From Sminthopsis crassicaudata (taxonomy: Eukaryota): a stretch of 64,000 nt of DNA. Of the stretch, positions 61,481 through 64,000 are shown one piece after another. A program made the position numbers and the translations under genes. The notes beneath the pieces were generated by a model, which was not told the origin of the DNA, did no database searches, and saw only the letters and a program-made list of their open reading frames with translations. The stretch spans positions 612,144,889 through 612,208,888 of the forward strand of contig NC_133618.1 in the NCBI RefSeq assembly GCF_048593235.1, in the 5' to 3' direction. The stretch's first letter is position 1; every line of letters begins with the position of its first letter.

Positions 61481-62597
61481 GAAAAGAGGTCAGAATAGAC
61501 AGAAACTTAGAACTGGCCTTTTTGAAAGCTTCTGGAGATCTGAATGAAGCAAGGATGGGGATAAGTAACTTTGGTTCCTCAGCAAGGTCTGAACCAAATC
61601 CAATCCTTCATGGTTAATGGCCTTTGGAAGCTTCCATTCCAACTATTTTTTTGTGTTTAAAATATTTTATATGTCACTATTTAATTTGATGACCTCTAGG
61701 TCCTATTTGACATTGTCTTCTTTTCAAAGTCTTTCTCCAAAGTGAATATCAGAATTCTCATATTATTTTTCTTCCATGTGCATTTCATTTTTATAAGATT
61801 TTTTTAATCTTATTGTTTCTCACTTTGATTATTTCTTTTCATTTTGGCCATTCCTTATTTAGGACAGGTAGCATTAATGAGCCTTGGGTCCCTTTTCCAA
61901 ATCACTAGTAACAGTGTTAAACAGAATTAGATCTAACAGTATCCTCTAAAATAAACTCAGGCAACTTCCCCTAAATCAATGTACTACTATATTCTGTAAC
62001 CTTTGAGAGTTTTGATCCATGTCCTTGAGGTTCCTTTCCAAAGAAAAATGACCTGTTTTTCAAGTCACATTTTAAACATGACATTATTCACAAAATCTTA
62101 ATAACATTCAGTGATATCATGATATAATTTCATGATTCCTATAGTCATAAAATTTGCACCTGGCTGGGAAAAAAGTGTTAAATCTATTTGAAATTATTAT
62201 TCCCATTCTGTACGTGAATATATTATTTTCAGATTTCTTTTCATCTAAGTTGATACATTTTAATAATTAATGCTTGTTTCATTCTACAATTTGGAGTTTC
62301 TAGGTTACTATATTTTCCCATATCATCAGAGGATCATATATTTAGAGTTAGATAAAATGTTAGAGGTCATCTATTTCCTCTTTTCAAAAATAAGGAAACT
62401 GAGGCACAATAAAATTAAGATACTTGCCCAAGGTCACTTGGGTGGTAACAAGTGAGTATCTGAACCCAAGACCTCTGACTCCAAAGCCAATGCTCATTCT
62501 ATTAAATCATAGTCAAAAGAGGATAAATTCTAGCTCCAGCTGGAAGGAACTCTAAAGGCCATCTGGTTCAGCTCCTCATTTTGTAGAGAAAAATCTA

Positions 62598-62800
62598 TTT
62601 TTTTTATTTTATTCTTTTTTATTAATTTTTATAATTATAACATTTTCTTTGACAGTACATATGCATAGGTAATTTTTTTACACCATTATCTCTTGTACTC
62701 CCTTCTGTTAAGGGTTTTTCCCCTCCTTCCCTCCACCCCCTCCCCTAGATGGCAGGCATTCCCATACATATTAAATATCTTATAATATATCCTAGGTGAT
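62598..62800 (-). mobile_element. Short L1 3'UTR inserted in a MIR3
   Basis: Poly-T start, reverse-complement match to the 54480-54640 L1 end; TSD GAAAAATCTA at 62588-62597 and 62801-62810. Confidence 0.88.
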
Positions 62801-62914
62801 GAAAAATCTAAAGGTCAAAAAGGTAAAGTGTCTGTGATGGCATACCAAAAGTCATACAGTTATTATGTGGCAGTACTGGCCCTCTAGCTCCAAATTCAAC
62901 ATCCTTTACGACAA

Positions 62915-63060
62915 TTGGATTTAATAAACTTTTATTAAGCACTTAATATGTGTAAGGACTTGTACAAAAATGAAACTATCCCTATCTCCAAAGCACCTAC
63001 ATTCTACTTGTAGGGATAGTTAGGAAAATGTACCATATAAAATAACACAAAGCAAGTACA
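62915..63060 (-). mobile_element. L2 3' fragment
   Basis: AACTTTTATTAAGCACTTAATATGTG...CCTACATTCTACTTG. Confidence 0.6.
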
Positions 63061-63259
63061 ATTCTACCTCTCATTCAAGATGGTTCCAGATTCTAATTAA
63101 AGGATTTTTTTTGATAGGCTATGTATGTGAAAGAGGAATATTCAGTGTTTAGCATATGCTTCCCTTTCCAGGCCCAATCAAATCCTGTCTTTGAAAGTCT
63201 CAGATCATTCTGTTTGACTTTACTATGAACATCATCCAACATGAATTCTTAGTTATTCA

Positions 63260-63400
63260 TGTACATGGCCCATTCCCCTATAAGACAGAATGTTCCTTGA
63301 GGGGCCTATTATTCTGTTTTTCATTTCTGAACCCACAGCCCAGGGCTTTAAATGTTGTTGGCACTCGATAAATATTTATTAAATTAAGATGAAATTGCTT
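63260..63400 (-). mobile_element. L2 3' fragment
   Basis: TCCCCTATAAGACAGAATGTTCCTTGAGGGG...TAAATATTTATTAAATT; L2 tail-like, strand uncertain. Confidence 0.45.
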
Positions 63401-64000
63401 TGAATTCTGTATTAAAAAAAATATACAAAGTCCCTTCCCCTCTACCGCAATAAGACCACATCTGTCATACCTATTCATTTTATGCCCATTTTTTTGTGTC
63501 AGATGATAATTATGATAAATTGAAGGAAGTGCAAAGAAAAGCAATGGTTTTTTTTAATACACTTTCTCATCCTTTCCTCCAAGTCCCAGGGGAAGAGATA
63601 TTTCTGTTCCATTCAAAGACAAACTCTTCCACCTGTGCCAAACACTTAGCTTTTCCTGGTTCCCAAAAGACCTAATACCCATGTTTATTTCTTCTCTCCC
63701 CATCAGCATTACATAGATATTAGTTTGAATCATTAGTCAAAATATCAAAAACAGAAAGGGGAGAAAGATTTTTTTTAAATTTTTTTTAAATCAACCACCC
63801 ATAGTTTCCCTATCATTCCACAGTGACTTTGGGGAGATGAGGGCTTCATTACATTCATCCTTGCTCCCAACTGAGTGTAGAGTCCTCAGGGCCCCCTCAC
63901 AGCCTGAATTTATTGCCTATGCTTATTAGTATTTAATCTCCCCTCCAAATGGGCAGAAAGACGGTCCTTGTCTGGGTCTCCCACACAGCTGGTTGAAGTG

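Noticed and set aside
63490-63545. Exon-like frame DNYDKLKEVQRKAM
   Set aside because: Resembles the CR1 motif DKLERVQRRAT, so more likely an L3 relic
63985-64000. CAGCTGGTTGAAG matches the reverse complement of the 3' part of mature miR-133
   Set aside because: The next bases (TG) mismatch, the adjacent flank does not resemble miR-133 precursors as I recall them, and any hairpin would lie outside the window; probably chance

Overview
AT-rich vertebrate genomic DNA that looks marsupial, most likely dasyurid. The call rests on WSINE1-type CORE-SINEs carrying the CAGACACTTAACACTTCC variant, Mar1 SINEs, RTE-tailed SINEs and marsupial-type L1 3'UTRs. About half or more of the window is transposon debris (L1, L2, CR1/L3, MIR/MIR3, Mar1, WSINE1, hAT-Charlie MITEs, solo LTRs), with microsatellites and two N gaps. 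I could not identify any host protein-coding gene. The ORFs I can assign are L1 ORF2 fragments or CR1 remnants; the rest look like chance frames. The window looks intronic or intergenic, with hints of a minus-strand host transcript. Best leads: (1) a transposon-free, CpG-retaining promoter/first-exon-like block at 8.4-9.7 kb; (2) a 93-bp degenerate palindrome centred on a perfect CRE at 39.7 kb; (3) two phase-compatible minus-strand exon candidates at 44.2 and 42.4 kb; (4) a full-length 7SL retrocopy; (5) a roughly 45-bp minisatellite split by an L1; (6) a cluster of insertions with intact target-site duplications (TSDs) at 52-54.7 kb. The sequence alone does not demonstrate a new biological system. 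Family names come from recognition by eye, and boundaries without a TSD are approximate.
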